Of a DNA stretch of 64,000 nt, positions 26,809-40,769 are shown piece by piece (position 1 is the first letter of the stretch; each line of letters begins with the position of its first letter). Location: the NCBI GenBank assembly GCA_012295275.1, contig CM022671.1, forward strand, positions 24,924,001-24,988,000, in the 5' to 3' direction. Made by a program: the position numbers and the translations under genes. The notes beneath the pieces were generated by a model. The model did no database searches and was not told where the DNA came from. It saw only the letters and a program-made list of their open reading frames with translations. Source of the DNA: Chrysomallon squamiferum. Taxonomy: Eukaryota; Animalia; Mollusca.

Positions 26809-28129
26809 AAACAGAAGAAAAGAGAAAAGAAACATATATGCTATCTTTATTTATTTATTTATTTATTTTAAACATGCTATATACTTGTTATTATAACATG
26901 TTAAACACATAAACAAGTACAATGAAAAGCATCAGCTGAAAAATCTAACAAACAATAGAAAGATGCATGCGCATTTAACCGGATGTTTATATAAACATTT
27001 GAAAGATTCCTTATTAAAATATTGTTGTTGTTGAAAGTGAAAAAGATAATATGGATTGATCATAATAGTTTGAATATATTTATTTTGGAAGCTTTTTAAC
27101 TGGCCATTTGTACTTCTGAAAAATCGACTGAAACTTTAAATATTATAAAAATAAAGAAATCTGCGGTTGCTTCCAAAACAGTATCAGAATAGTCCTAATC
27201 AGCAAAGCCATAATTGTAATGTACTGTTGATGTAAATTTGATATAAGTCTGGACATAAGAAATAATATATTTGTCATGTTTATCTTTGAATTATGCTTTT
27301 TATGCATTTTATGTCTATATATTAACTGAAAGAAATTAAGTGCGGTAGTATTAATATAATATGATTTCTGTATTTCATAATTCTTGTATAACCGACCACT
27401 ACAAATATATTAAGTTAAGAAATATTTTTTGATGTTAGGTTGCGTTCTTATTATATGAAATGATTATTATTTTGCAGTTATTTAATTAATTATATATCTT
27501 ATTTTAACTAAACGACTTTATACGAAACACCTCAAATAATAATAACCGTATAACTTGCCCTTTTTTTTATTCATTTGGAAAGGTTGTGGTCTTTTTGGGG
27601 GGGTGATTGGTGGGGCGGGGATGGTTCAAGAAAACAGTATATGTGATCTGGTTTCTTCGAGTCAAGAACAAAAAAGAAAAAAGTAAACAGATGATGTTAA
27701 TCTTTCTACTGCTGAAAAATGCCAGTAAAAACAAAGTTGACAGTTACGAAAACAGTAACAGTAATAATATTAATAGCAGCTGTAGTAGATTAGTACTAGA
27801 AGAGTAAGTAGCTAGTATTAGCAGCAGCAGTGATGTTCCGTTTGATATAATAATAATAATAATAATGATAATAACAATAATAATAATAATAATAATAATG
27901 ATGATAACAATAATAGTAATAATAATAATAATAATAAAAACAATAATAATAACAACAATAATGATAATAGTAATAATAATAATAACAAAAATAATAATAA
28001 TAACAACAACTACATTAATAATAGTAGCAAAGCAAGTGCGTTATCTACAAACACGGATTAATATGAATAAAGAATTAAAATGCTCTTCGGATATTTAAAT
28101 AGGCCATCAAACAAAAATTAAACTATCGT

Positions 28130-28620
28130 AATTTCTGAAACCAGGCGGAATAGCCACTTGGAAAACATCTCCGTACCACAGTATTTGTCCCAGTTTATTT
28201 ATGTGTAAAGAGATATAAGCTAAATACACCCTGTGGAAAACATTGTCAGTTATACTCAGAATCAAATTACATTAATCTCTATGTACTTTTTCTTAAAACA
28301 GATAATGACTGAGCTCCAATTATCCTCTGTTAAACTGATTATAATATTATGTTCAGAATTTCCTTCTAGAACTTCTCTCCTGCCATTTAATGAAGAGTAC
28401 ATTTTAAAAAAAAATCAGAACGGATGCCTAATCCTTCTGTGTCAGAATGTCACTTCTCTTAAGACAAGTTTCCAAAACAGTCACCTTTCTATAGCACTCT
28501 AGTCTACTCCCAAAACGTATATTCTAATAATAAATAAAATAATTTAGGCTACAAGATGTCCAACATCTGTCAGTACAAAAAGTGCTCAAAGATTGAGTGC
28601 TGTTAAAATAAAATTCTTTA
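28130..28620 (-). mobile_element. Possible highly decayed L1/Tx1-like LINE ORF2 C-terminal relic
   Basis: Minus-strand peptide fragments (LTEDNW...; NVFHRVYL...LH) loosely resemble the region downstream of RT in L1-clade ORF2. There are many stops and frameshifts. Confidence 0.25.
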
Positions 28621-30397
28621 TACGTATGTATTATATTTGTATATGGTGTGTGTGTGTGTGTGTGTGTGTGTCTTTAAAATATTTGTCATTTGTTATTTGT
28701 ACCATTAAAACATTAAATTAAACTGTATATCGCATGTCATGTACATTTCGAAAAAAATAAAATGTGTGTATGTGTGTCTGAATGTATGTATTCAAATTAT
28801 TTTGGATATGTATATATGTGTATATAATTGTGAAGAAGAATTTTTTTGAGGGGTGCAGAGGGTTAAGTGTGTGTTTTACACCCTCGCAGATGTATTATAT
28901 CTATATTATCATCAGATGCTGCACTGTGTAATTTATACTCGTCATTTCATTTTTTCCAGACAGCAGATTAATCCACTGTTATTTTTATTTATTTATTGGC
29001 TTTATCAGTTGCTTGCAGGCGTATTTCTTAATGGAGTCAGTGAACTCGAAGTTCACGAGACAGTGAACATGAGATAATTAAACTGATAACCCTGTCTCAA
29101 GCAGAATAACGGATATTGATACCCGATATCTGCCTCTTTCTTCATTCGCCATTTTTTTTTAAATACTTGTTTTATTTGTTTTACGCTGCATCCATTACTG
29201 TGTATACAACGGTCGTAGTAGTAGTAGTAGCAGCAGTAGTAGTAGTCACAGTAGCTGTTGTCGTTGTAGAAGATGTTGTAGTAGCAATAGTAGTAGTAGT
29301 AACAGTAGCGGTAGTAGTAGTTGTAGAAAATGTAGTAGCAGTAGTAGTAACGGTGATACTAGTCGTATTAACGGTAGACGCAACAGTAATAGTGCTAGCA
29401 ATATACTGACTCCTACTTTATTACTACAGTATTATAAATTTACATTTAATGTATACAACACAATAAATGGTTTTTCACCTAATCGTCGCATTCGTGAAAA
29501 CCTAGAGAGAGAAACAAAAACAAAAAAAAGAAATTGTGTACGATCAGTCTTCAAATATCTTAATTTGAAAAATCACAGGTTTAATGTTGTGTAAAGCCCT
29601 AATCTTTTTACAGTTATCTCTTTCTAAAGTGTGTTGGTGTTTGTTTTATGGTTCAATAGCAGGACGTCAGCTATAGGCATGAAGAAAAAGTAGACATTCA
29701 GTTAATTCGTTAAATGGCAGTATTTGTGAACAACATCGCTAATCTCTCCCGGTCGGATTATCGACAGGGTCCGTCTCCGAAATACAAAAACTTCTAGGCT
29801 GTCAGACTGCAATCACAATAGATTGTGCATTATAATGGCGGCCATCCAGACAAAATTGGCTAACGCGAATCGTTAAAATGGGACATAATATTAAAACTGA
29901 ATTTTTACATGGCATAAAAAATATTTAGCCGTGTATGTATGTATATATATATATATATATGTATCTTCAAGTGAACCAAAATTAATTCTATTACAACATA
30001 ATAACATTATTAATTTGACACGAATTCCAATGCTGTAATCCCAAGGATCAACAAAAAAAACCCACATAAACATGCAATAATTCCGCCATTCTCCTTCCTG
30101 CTACTAAATAACTGTGAAAAATAGGCGTGATGCAATGACACCATTGTGAACGTACATTTATTTCTCATGTATTTCAGATGCAAATTAATAGCGCAGGAGA
30201 GTGACATGAAATATTTATTAATGCTATAAAACCGCTTATAAAATTCTGAATAAGACAGAATACACATAAAATAGTCTTAATTATTTGTAAATTAATTCAG
30301 AAAAGTATTCTGCATTTTGTGATAATTGGGGAAAAGCAAATGTAAAGAAAATAATAATTTATTTCGTCACTATTTATTTTTATTTTTATTTTTATTA

Positions 30398-30490
<93 letters not shown>

Positions 30491-31249
30491 TTACTTCATA
30501 AACAAACTATAATCACCAGTTACATTTCTCTAAAGTTATTGATTTTAATTTTTACAATCCTTGAGCATATATTATGTTACCTTTATTAACTAATTAATCA
30601 ATTTCATTATTTCTTTCCTTCTTTGTTATTTATTTATTTAGTTATTTAGTTACTTTGATCAGTTACGAGGATATAAGTGGTCCAATGATATAATAATTAT
30701 TATTATTATCATTAAGGGTGTTTTAAAGTGTTCCTTCCCACAAACAATAAAACGTATATTACATACATGGATAAACAGAAAGCAGACAAAATGTGTTAAT
30801 CATGTTTCGGTTTTATTTGAAATATTAAAAGATCTTTGAAATACAAGTATGTATAAATATTGGAAGTTTGTAAAATCTTTGAAAACTATGGAAATGTGTG
30901 AAAAAATAAAAAAAAAATTGAAAATTTGTAAATATCTGGATATTGAATTAAAAAAAATATATATAAATAAATCAAAAATATAATTTCAGCACGTAAATCT
31001 TAATATACTTTTTCGAAAATATAAATAAATAAAAAACAACAGAAAAAAAAAAACAACAGAAAATGAAATAATAAATAACACACTTCTGAGCATTTTTATT
31101 TTTCTGTTTATTTCTTTCTCTGTGTCAGTTTTCTCTTCTTTAACTTTTCTCTTTCTTTCCGTGTAAAGTGCAACGTACAGCTTTTTTATTCTTTCATGCA
31201 GTGAACTAAGAATATGTTATTAAAATGAGTTTCTTTCACATGCTGCAAT

Positions 31250-31530
31250 ACGGAGTTGATTAGTTTTATCTATATGGATTATGGCTTAGTAATACAAAGG
31301 AATTCCAAAAAGACAAATTAAACATTATTCTTAAATGAAAAGTAAAATGTAAAAAGTATTGGAAGCTTTATGTAAGAAACCATGGAAAGGATTTAATCTG
31401 AATAAATGAAAAACCTACATCACAACAACAAAAAACCCACACCAAGAATGAAAACGTCAATGATTTGTAATAACTAAGCATTAATAAAATGATTCTAAAT
31501 AATCTTTCAACGTGAAATTAAATTCAAAAT
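31250..31530 (-). other. Conserved downstream non-coding element (copy after R6, minus strand)
   Basis: The reverse complement reads ttgttgtgatgtaggtttttcatttattcagattaaatcctttcc. Its orientation follows R6. Confidence 0.65.
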
Positions 31531-31688
31531 TATTATAAAGAATACAATACGAAAAACAAACAATAATAAAAAAAAAACATTTTTGACCGTTTTCATTTTC
31601 TTTCGTTTTACTTTTATATTTTAATCTAACTCTGGCTGTCACTGATTTGTATTATAAAAAATAGCAGTAGTCTTATTACTACTGCTAT

Positions 31689-31744
<56 letters not shown>

Positions 31745-31811
31745 TTACCATTACTATCACTGTCACTGCTTATAATACTTTTATTTCTACTGTTTTTTCC
31801 TCTTTTACTAT

Positions 31812-31844
<33 letters not shown>

Positions 31845-33664
31845 CACTACTATCACTGTCACTGCTTATAATATTGCTTAAAATACTTTTATTTCTACTG
31901 TTTTTTCCTCTTTTACTATTACTACTACTATTAGTTCTTCTACACCTGTTACTACTACTCAAACTATTACAACAGCAATCAAGCTGTTGTCACGGCAAGC
32001 CCACATCGAATTTATTATACATTTTAATACACTATAGCAACTCATTTCATCTGATCTCTTCACTGACTCTCACAGCCACACATTCAACTCTATAAGACTT
32101 ATTATTTACCACTCCTTCTACAAATCGAACAAACAACAACAACAACAGTAAATCATACATAAATGCAAACATACATTTACATAAATGTATTAATTTCTAT
32201 CCTGGAGTATTCTGAGACGAGAAAAGAAATATTAAGCCACATACTGACAATTGCAGTTTTTATATGTGTAACGGTTGCCCTGTCATGTCGCCACACACAG
32301 AAGAAACTGACGACGCCTTAAAACCGTGCCACGCCCTGCAAGGTGTGCCGTCTTTGCCTTAAACCCAGTATTAACATCATTCTGTAGGTAGTAATTCTTT
32401 TAGAATATCAAAAATAATGTAAATGCTAACATTTCTAAAAAATTAGCAGAGATCGTTTATATATTTATTATTTATAAACATTTACGACAAAAGGTGTCTC
32501 TTATGCATTAGACTTACTGTTTTGAATTATTTGAAAATTATTCCAATTCCCTGTCATGTAATTTTGAAAACGTTTTGTTAAAGTTTCAAAACCTCTAAAA
32601 ATGTTTCCTTAATACGAGTATGCTATTTAATTTACACAATTTTAAGAAATATATATAGAATTAAATTTACTGTATAATTTGGTTTGCCTCCGACAAGAGT
32701 GGCTCCCCTGCTATATACGCACATTTTTCGGAGTCACGATTGTTTTCCAGTGGATATGTCACAGCATTTAAAAAATTATTATTTCACTGCTAAAGTGGAC
32801 ATTCATATCAATTTGGATCTGTTTTCTCCAAAATAAATAACTATATTATTATTCGGCAGCTTTATTTGGTATTTTTACATGCAATGCACACTGTCGAATC
32901 ACAAGAGCCCGCAATCAGTAAACGCCAAACCATGCGAGATTAACGGATTTGGTACACAATTTTGATAATTCAACCATTCAGCATCATTCCATGCATATTT
33001 ACGTTTCATAAACAGCGCGTCTCAGCAGACTTTCGAGGTGGAAAAGATGTCGCGCTTTGTACCAGTCGGTGCTCTATTTCGGTTTCGACAGCAATATTTT
33101 GTCAAATATAAATATACCTTAAGCTTATTGTGATTTTCATGACAAGTCAGTATGTTTTATTTACATCCATCAATGAAGTCGATTTGTTTACAGTTGAGTT
33201 TTATGAGAACGTCCTGTGGCTGTGGCAGTGTCCGTCCACAACGATTTACGTTTGTTGTGGGTGATTGTGTGGTGTGTGTCAATAAATATGTCAATAAATA
33301 TTGTAAATATGTTAAATGTCTGTAATTTTTGTCCCTCTGATGAGGGGACACCTGCGATGAAGGGAAACCTTTACATACAATTCAGGTACAACTGAACAAT
33401 GATAACATTGACTATTTAAAATTAATTTTAACTATAGTTTAATGAGGAATACCGTGGTATAAAACATGAATATAAAAATAAATATATAAAAATTAAATGT
33501 CAAACCACAAGTCTCTGACTGTTATTGTTACTTGGATTTGTAGCACTTATTCCCAGAAAAGTCAGAACTTTCAACTTCGACTAACTTTTCTTCTAATCTT
33601 TAATTTTGATTATAGTATTATGAAAATAATATATATCTTCTTATTTCATATCCACATTATCTCC

Positions 33665-34618
33665 TTATCGTATGATACTGAGTTCTGCACACTGCTGAAT
33701 GTATGCTGTGTCTGTAAGCGACTGTCTTGCTATTCTAGGAATCTCCGACCTATTGTCACTTGTTTTGCTCGTACACATGTAACAACAAATCTTCACTGCA
33801 GAGTTTCTGAAATTTGGCATCAAAGTCAAATACACTACCAGTTTCAGCAACGGGTAGAGAAAATAAATAAAGATCATACATCCAAACATGATGGGATCGA
33901 CGATATGAAGAGCGAACAGAATGTGAAAAGGCACTTGCGATGTTACGATTAAAATAAAAACAATCGTGTTTAAATAAGCCAAGCGAATTTTGCTTTCCGT
34001 TGTTGTCTTAAAGTAAGAATTGGTTAAAACTGCAGCACTTTGATGTCTGGTTATTTTTATCATACATGCAGTTATCACGGTCAAAGGAATAGCAACTACA
34101 CCTGTCATGTTAAGAGCCCCAACCCACCAGTTCGTTGAAGTGTAGTTAGGATCGAGTCTGTTGGAATGTTTGTCTACTTTGTAAAATGTTCCTTCTAAAT
34201 AAACGTAACACAACACAGTAGGAACCCACAACCAGATTACTGCCAAATAAATCTTCACTCTCTTCTTTGTAACATGAACGTGATATTTTAACGGGTTACA
34301 TACAGCGACACAGAGGATGACGCTTAACCCCATCAGAGAAAAACATTTAACAGAGGCAAAGGCTGCAACTAAAGCCATTCCAAACATTAGGTTTGGCTCG
34401 TAGAAACTGGCTATCAGAAATGTGGCAGTGTTTAAGTGTAACATCACATCGGCCAGAAGCTCGTTAGCAATGAAATGTCCTATGACGCCGAAAATCATCC
34501 TGGATTTTACAAGAATCATTAGTATGAAAATGTTGTTGGAAAATCCCCATAATATGACACAGCTGCTTGCGACTGCAGTATGCTTAGAGATGTTATCAGA
34601 AATATTTGTTGCATTCAT
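33665..34618 (-). CDS. R6: intact intronless 7TM receptor, 317 aa from the ATG at 34618 (in-frame upstream ATG at 34705)
   Basis: MNATNIS start aligns with paralogs. Motifs: GFSNNIF, NELLAD, KCF, VAVCNPLKY, NWWVG, ESKIRL, YPLLKLVVY. Confidence 0.92.
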   Translation of the reverse strand: MNATNISDNISKHTAVASSCVILWGFSNNIFILMILVKSRMIFGVIGHFIANELLADVMLHLNTATFLIASFYEPNLMFGMALVAAFASVKCFSLMGLSVILCVAVCNPLKYHVHVTKKRVKIYLAVIWLWVPTVLCYVYLEGTFYKVDKHSNRLDPNYTSTNWWVGALNMTGVVAIPLTVITACMIKITRHQSAAVLTNSYFKTTTESKIRLAYLNTIVFILIVTSQVPFHILFALHIVDPIMFGCMIFIYFLYPLLKLVVYLTLMPNFRNSAVKICCYMCTSKTSDNRSEIPRIARQSLTDTAYIQQCAELSIIR

Positions 34619-34951
34619 TGTCGTGTTAAATCCCTGTTCAAAATTAATATCACTACATTCTGCTTTACACTTGCTGTACTCTTTTACACACACAATATGT
34701 TTCATGAAATTAAAATATTTGAAAACGGAATATATTGTTATCCTTTACAGGAAACACTCCCGCAAACATTCAGATTATACTGTTTCTGCTTTCATATTGT
34801 CCATAAGTCACTTCAGCGGTTTCTATTCTTCCCTGAATAAAGAAGCCATCGTCTTTTATCTTGCGACAGAAATTCCTATATATTATTTCCTAAGTTTATC
34901 ACACCTTACGCTGAAATAAATTATTTTGTTGCATCATCACATCCTCCATCA

Positions 34952-35027
34952 TTTATATTTTAGCTGTCATTCTCTATTGATTGGTTAAAGTATATCAAGG
35001 GGCTATTGTCTGAAGGTTTGATTGACA
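34952..35027 (-). promoter_or_regulatory. R6 promoter module: TGTCAATCA, CCAAT, TATAAA on the minus strand
   Basis: tgattgaca 35019-35027, attgg 34980-34984, tttata 34952-34957. Confidence 0.6.
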
Positions 35028-36437
35028 ACATGAGCCGAGTATAACTGTGTAATTAAGACTGTTTTTCTTGAATATATAACCTCTGATCCTTTGTTCTGAT
35101 CGCATCGCTTTCTTTCTTATTTCAATTAAATAATCAAAGTATGGACTATATTTTGTGATACTGATAACCTATATAGACAAGATATATGTCTTTAAATGTA
35201 TAGTCACTGGTCTACGGACAGTTTTCTTTAGTAGAGTATAATTAAAAAACAATAAGAACTGCATCTAATTTCTTAAACGTTATAAAGAGAGTCGCTGACT
35301 AGCAGCAAATAAACATTTAATTCGTTTTGCACATTTAGATTGTGTTGTTATTCATATTCTGTTAGAGTCTAGGGAAAACGCAAAGGATAACAGATCACAC
35401 AATGTAGGTAACGCCAGACTGTTGTTTACTAATACAGTACTCAGAACAATTGTGTTCTTATGGAATAACATAACTCGTTTATGTATATGTATGTATGTAG
35501 TATGTGTTTGTGTTCGTACGTATGTATGTATGTATGAATGATATGAGTATGCATGCATTATGAATGCATCTGTTTGTCTACATGTGTATGTGTGTGTATA
35601 CGTATGTATGTATGTATATATGTATGTATGGAATATGTGGATATATCAGTGGACAGACATATATTGTAAACAGTTGTGTAAATGACAACCAATTTTATTT
35701 TTTAAAGTCGAAAGATTTTCTCTAAATGTCAATGGTTTAATATTCTGCTAGTGCATTACCATTGAAACACCACGTTATATCTAGGTTAATAAATAAAAAG
35801 ATCAGGAAACACAGTTATTTCCCTTGATTTGCAATCGGAACAGAAAAGGCTTTGTTTGATCAGTTACATGTTCTCTTTCTTTCTTTCCTTTCATTAATAA
35901 TCAATGTTTCAAAAAAAAAAAAAAAAATCTCGAACATACTGACGAACGAATAGTAAAGTCAAGCAGTTATAAAATCGCCTTCTTCCAAAATAATTTATTA
36001 ACATTATTATTTTATTCATTTATGAAATATTAATAAAACACTATTAAATTTGCGGCCTGTGAAATCAAGGTATAAGTTCAACTAAAATGTATTCTGTTTA
36101 GTTTAATGTCTGCAAATTTCTCTGTATTATCTATTTATCTACTTTTCTCCACTTTAATAAAAAAAATTGACGACGAAATCCGGACGAAATCTTGAAAAAA
36201 CACAAAATTCGAACTTAACCTCCATTTCCCTCCTGGAAACCTATCTTTTAAGTTATCACAAGTTCCACTATACAATCATGACAGTCCATTCTCAACATAC
36301 TTTCCAAGAAGATAAGAGTATTTAAGCATCATAAACTAACAATCCTCACCCAACCTAGCCTATATTTTTCTACTGTACATTTGTTTTGATTTTTTTTGTT
36401 TTTTGTTTTTTTAATATTGTATGGCATTTCTTTAAAT

Positions 36438-36615
36438 CAAGGGTGCGCAATACGTCGATCGCATAGACACTGTGGGTAGATCGCATGACGCTAAAAAATA
36501 GCCTATCATCCATCCTGCAGCCATAATAAAAGCATTTTGTGTTCTTTGTAGGTTATCATTTTGACTTGGTCATTTAAAAAGTAGCTCGCAAGCCAAAAAA
36601 GTGTAGGCACCCCCG
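36438..36615. mobile_element. hAT-family (Charlie/Buster-like) MITE, 178 bp
   Basis: Ends CAAGGGTGCGCA... and ...GGCACCCCCG fit a CAGGGGTGCC-type TIR. It is flanked by an 8-bp TSD ctttaaat/gtttaaat with central TA, and has subterminal GATCGC repeats. Confidence 0.75.
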
Positions 36616-37810
36616 GTTTAAATTGTCGTTATGTCTCTTATATTCTGTGTGTTGTTCTTGCACTGTTATATGTGTTGTTGTTACACTGTTATATTACTTA
36701 TAATAAAGGTGTTATGTGTACTAAAGTTTAATGTTTCGGTAACTTTTAGGATTAGAGTTTTGCATTTTCCGGACTGGGGCTTCCCCTTATTACTCCCCCT
36801 TAATATATATATATATATAAATATTAAAACGAATCAGGACTGACGTTATTCAACTATTGCAATTTAAAATAAAAAGAAATGTTAAAAAAAATTAACGAAA
36901 TGAACAGCGATATTATAATGTTTTTGTTTGTTTGTTTTTAAATATTCTTAGAGTAGGAAGCGGCCCCAGAAATTTCATTATGAATTTCTAATTTTAATTT
37001 TTTTCCTTTTGATTTTTAAATTGTTAAAAATTTACTTTATTTTACTTTATTTTGAATGTGTGTTTGATAAATTTAACTGTTGAATACAAATATCTTGCTT
37101 ACTTTTTGAGATATGGCGCTTTGAATACTACGACACTGCTATAGCATCAGCAAAGGTAATATGAGCCATTTTCTCATCAGAAACCTTAACTTGATTAATT
37201 AACAAATAACACTGGCCGCCTATTGAGATCTGTTTTACTACTACTACTACAAGAAATAAGTCACACATTTTCAAAGCTGGTATGTCGTATCAAAATATAT
37301 GAAAATGAGAAAAACAAAAACTTTAAATGACATATGAACAAAAAAAACAAAAACAAAAAAAACCCAAAACAACACCATTTTTTAACAGTGTCTCATTCCA
37401 TTTCTGATGAGCATTGTTAAGTAGAACTTAAAAGCCTGACGTTATTCCACACAGACAGCATCTTGGAGTTCTTCACAGTGATCATTGTTGTCTGGTTCAT
37501 GATATGATCCTCCAAACATGAAAACAAAAACAAAAATATACAGAATGGCTTTTTATGACATAAACAATCACCATATGATAAAACACATAAATGGTTATAA
37601 TTTATTACCTGTCATATTGCTTCTACGATATATACCAAGCTGAAGCTGAAGGAGTCGATAAAGGCTTAACTCCAGCCAATCGTTAACATAATTTGTGTTA
37701 TCTCCAAGATAAATACACTTTACAAAACCAATTTATTTCTTTTCATTCTTATTTATTTTGTTTTTATAAAATATCTGTCTTTTATGAATACATTTATTCT
37801 TATTTAAAAA

Positions 37811-37901
<91 letters not shown>

Positions 37902-38178
37902 TAGACGAACAGATGGATAGACACACCGCATATACACAACACTATATATTCTATTAACTAAGTTCTAGAATGACATCTATTAATGGTCAGATCGATTACC
38001 CAGGCAACCGATAACTAAATATATTTTTAACTTATCTTTGTACCCAGTCTGATACTTTCACATCTACTACAAAGTTCAGAGTCGACACCTAAACAATAGC
38101 GATGTAATTTCTTGTGTCTGTATAGCTACCTTTCTGTAGATGTAGGTACGTAGAATAAAAGTGGCTATTTTGACTGCC

Positions 38179-38309
<131 letters not shown>

Positions 38310-38511
38310 ACAACAATAACAGTATTAATAATAATATCTGTACATGAGAGTTTGCTCATTTGTATGTGTGTATCGTTAGATTAGTTGTTTGTTGTTGTTT
38401 TTTTGTGTTTTTTTGGGGGGCTGGCTTTTTGTGGGGTTTTTTCTATGAATAGTAGTACAACGTCATTTCAACATAAGAAGGCTTTAATGAAAAAAGAAAC
38501 TGAACAGCAAA

Positions 38512-38746
38512 GGGCAGGGTGGGGCGTGTGACGTTCAGAAACACGCAACAAAATATATACAGTATATATGTATAAGAAAGAAAGAACCCACCCTTTTCCA
38601 TTATGAATACGTCCATTCGTTACAAATCCAACAAACACGTAATAATTTGCATAGGTTATGTTGTCAATCAAAACTGTCACTATGTACATAATTCATTGTT
38701 TATACGTGTGTTAACCAATGAGAAGCATTAGAAAGCAAAATATAAA
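38512..38746 (+). promoter_or_regulatory. R7 promoter: GC box, TGTCAATCA, CCAAT, TATAAA
   Basis: ggtggggcgtg ~38518, TGTCAATCA 38662, CCAAT 38715, TATAAA 38741. Confidence 0.6.
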
Positions 38747-39212
38747 GTTTGAGGAAATTCTCGCAGCGACATTTCTCTCACTAAATAAATGTGTTTGATT
38801 TTCAATTACGAGAAGACAAGATATAAGTTAATCTCATGCAAAATGATATTTTCAAGAAAATATAAAGAAAAGAAGTTCAGTGACTTTTAGAAGATATTCC
38901 CATAAATGGAAGGATTCCAGCGCGTTTATTTTTAATTACATTATTGTTTAATCTGTGCCAGATCAGTATTTTTATATCAAGAAATTTTATATTTTTTGTA
39001 CAAGAAGGGAAGTAATATATTCAATCTGAAGAAGAAATTAATGATGTAATGATGTCGGTGAATGTGACTAATATCTCTGACACTATGTTTTTTCAAACAG
39101 TTTAATTTCATCATTGTTTAACCTGTACTACTTCATCAGTGTGAAATCAGGAAGGTTTATATTATTTATACAAAAGGAAAAGTCACATTTTAATTCTGAA
39201 GAAGAAACAACG

Positions 39213-40143
39213 ATGTCTGTGAACGTAACCAATATCTCTGACACCACGGCTACACGTATGTTGTTAGCGGGAAGCTCTGTTTTACTGTTTGGATTTTCAA
39301 ACAACATCTTCATGCTGGTAGTTCTTGTAAAATCTGCAATGAGTTCTGGTGTCATTGGTCTGTTCTTGGTTAATGAAGTTGTGTTAGACATGATGCTGCA
39401 AATCAGTTCAGAGATGTACCTCATCGCCAACGTCTTCCAGTTAAAGTTTGTCTTTACAACGGCTTTGATACCTGCAGTATTATCAGTTAAATGTTTCTCT
39501 ATGATGGGCTTGAGTATAGTCCTGTGTATTGCTATAATCAACCCTTTGAAATTTACAATTTACGTGACAAAAAGAGAGTGAAGATATATATGACAGTAAT
39601 CTGGCTCTGGGTTCCCTTGGTGTTGTGTTATGTTTATTTAGAAGGAACGTTTTACACGGTGAATGAACATTCAAAGAGACTCGATCCTAACTACACTTCA
39701 ACGAACTGGTGGGTTGGGGCTATTAACATGACAAGTGCAGTTGCTATTCCTTTGACTGTGATTACTGTATGTATGATAAAAATAACCAGACATCAAAATG
39801 CCGCAATTTTAATCAATTCTTACATTAAGAGAACGACTGAAAGCAAAATACGTTTGGTTAATTTGAACACTATCATTTTCATCATGTACATCCTTACACA
39901 GTTGCCATTCCATGTCGCTTACTCCCTTCATATCGTTCATCAAAGCCTAGTGATATCAGTGATAATTATCTACCTTCTATACAGTCTAATGAAGCTGTTT
40001 GTTTATTTAATTCTGATGCGTAATTTCAGATATACCGCGACAAGATGTGTTGTTTTGTTTGTATGAACAAAACAAGTGCCAAAACTACCAGGGTTCCCTC
40101 AGTGAAAGCCGTACCGAATGGTAACACTGACATAGCTGTATAA
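39213..40143 (+). CDS. R7: full-length 7TM receptor with two 1-bp deletions in A-runs (pseudogene or assembly error)
   Basis: ORFs 39114..39581 and 39491..40066 are joined by adding one A at ACAAAAAGAG (~39570). A second A at GCGACAAG (~40042) restores KMCCFVCMNKTSAK...DIAV*, as in R9/R10. Confidence 0.8.
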
Positions 40144-40713
40144 CTTAGCCTTATAAAAAAGAAGAAAACCCCGATCTTCAAATAAGAGGAGAAGACTAAT
40201 AATTACAGGGGAAAATTATGAACGTAATTCTATAATTTAGATAGAGCTGTGAGAAATGTTGACCTTCTCCCTTATCATGTTCAACCAACAAAAAATAGCA
40301 CTGCAAATTAGTGCAGAACGATCTATGTTTTATCTAAGCAGTGAAATTATACTGGAATGAATGATACAGATTATTGTTACATGTCATAACTATAGACACA
40401 TTGACTTGGAATAACAATTAATTTCTGGTTTCATATTGTGCATTCGGTTTAGATATTTGTGCTAAGGTAATACATATTAGATGTTTTATGATTACATTAA
40501 AATTGCTAAACCTTTTGAAATAATGTTTTTTATGTTCCCAAACTAGAATTTTATTTCTGTCAGTGACAAAGTACAGTGATGATATTTGGTGTAATTACAT
40601 TTTTGTGTTCATTATTAGATCTTCTTCAACTGTTACTTTATCATTACTGCGATTTGTTTGTCTTAATAATTATGTTGATTATAATGATGATGATTATGGT
40701 GATGACGGTTACA

Positions 40714-40769
<56 letters not shown>

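Noticed and set aside
31755-31930. Local ~100 bp tandem duplication (similar short ones at 920-1160, 3973-4065, 21375-21460)
   Set aside because: These are ordinary slippage duplications with no coding or structural signal.
25706-31962. Hydrophobic or low-complexity ORFs (poly-V, L, I, N, S)
   Set aside because: They are translations of (GTA)n, (TAA)n, (CTT)n and (CTA)n microsatellites.
33190-33396. Tc1/pogo-like MITE (cagttg...caactg ends, ggggacacctg subterminal motif)
   Set aside because: The terminal match is only ~6 bp and the TSD is not clean, which is insufficient support.
33497-34919. Antisense ORFs overlapping receptor genes (also 9879..10157, 24281..24703, 39128..39541, 56442..56792)
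   Set aside because: They are shadow ORFs of the receptor CDS, with inconsistent boundaries between paralogs.
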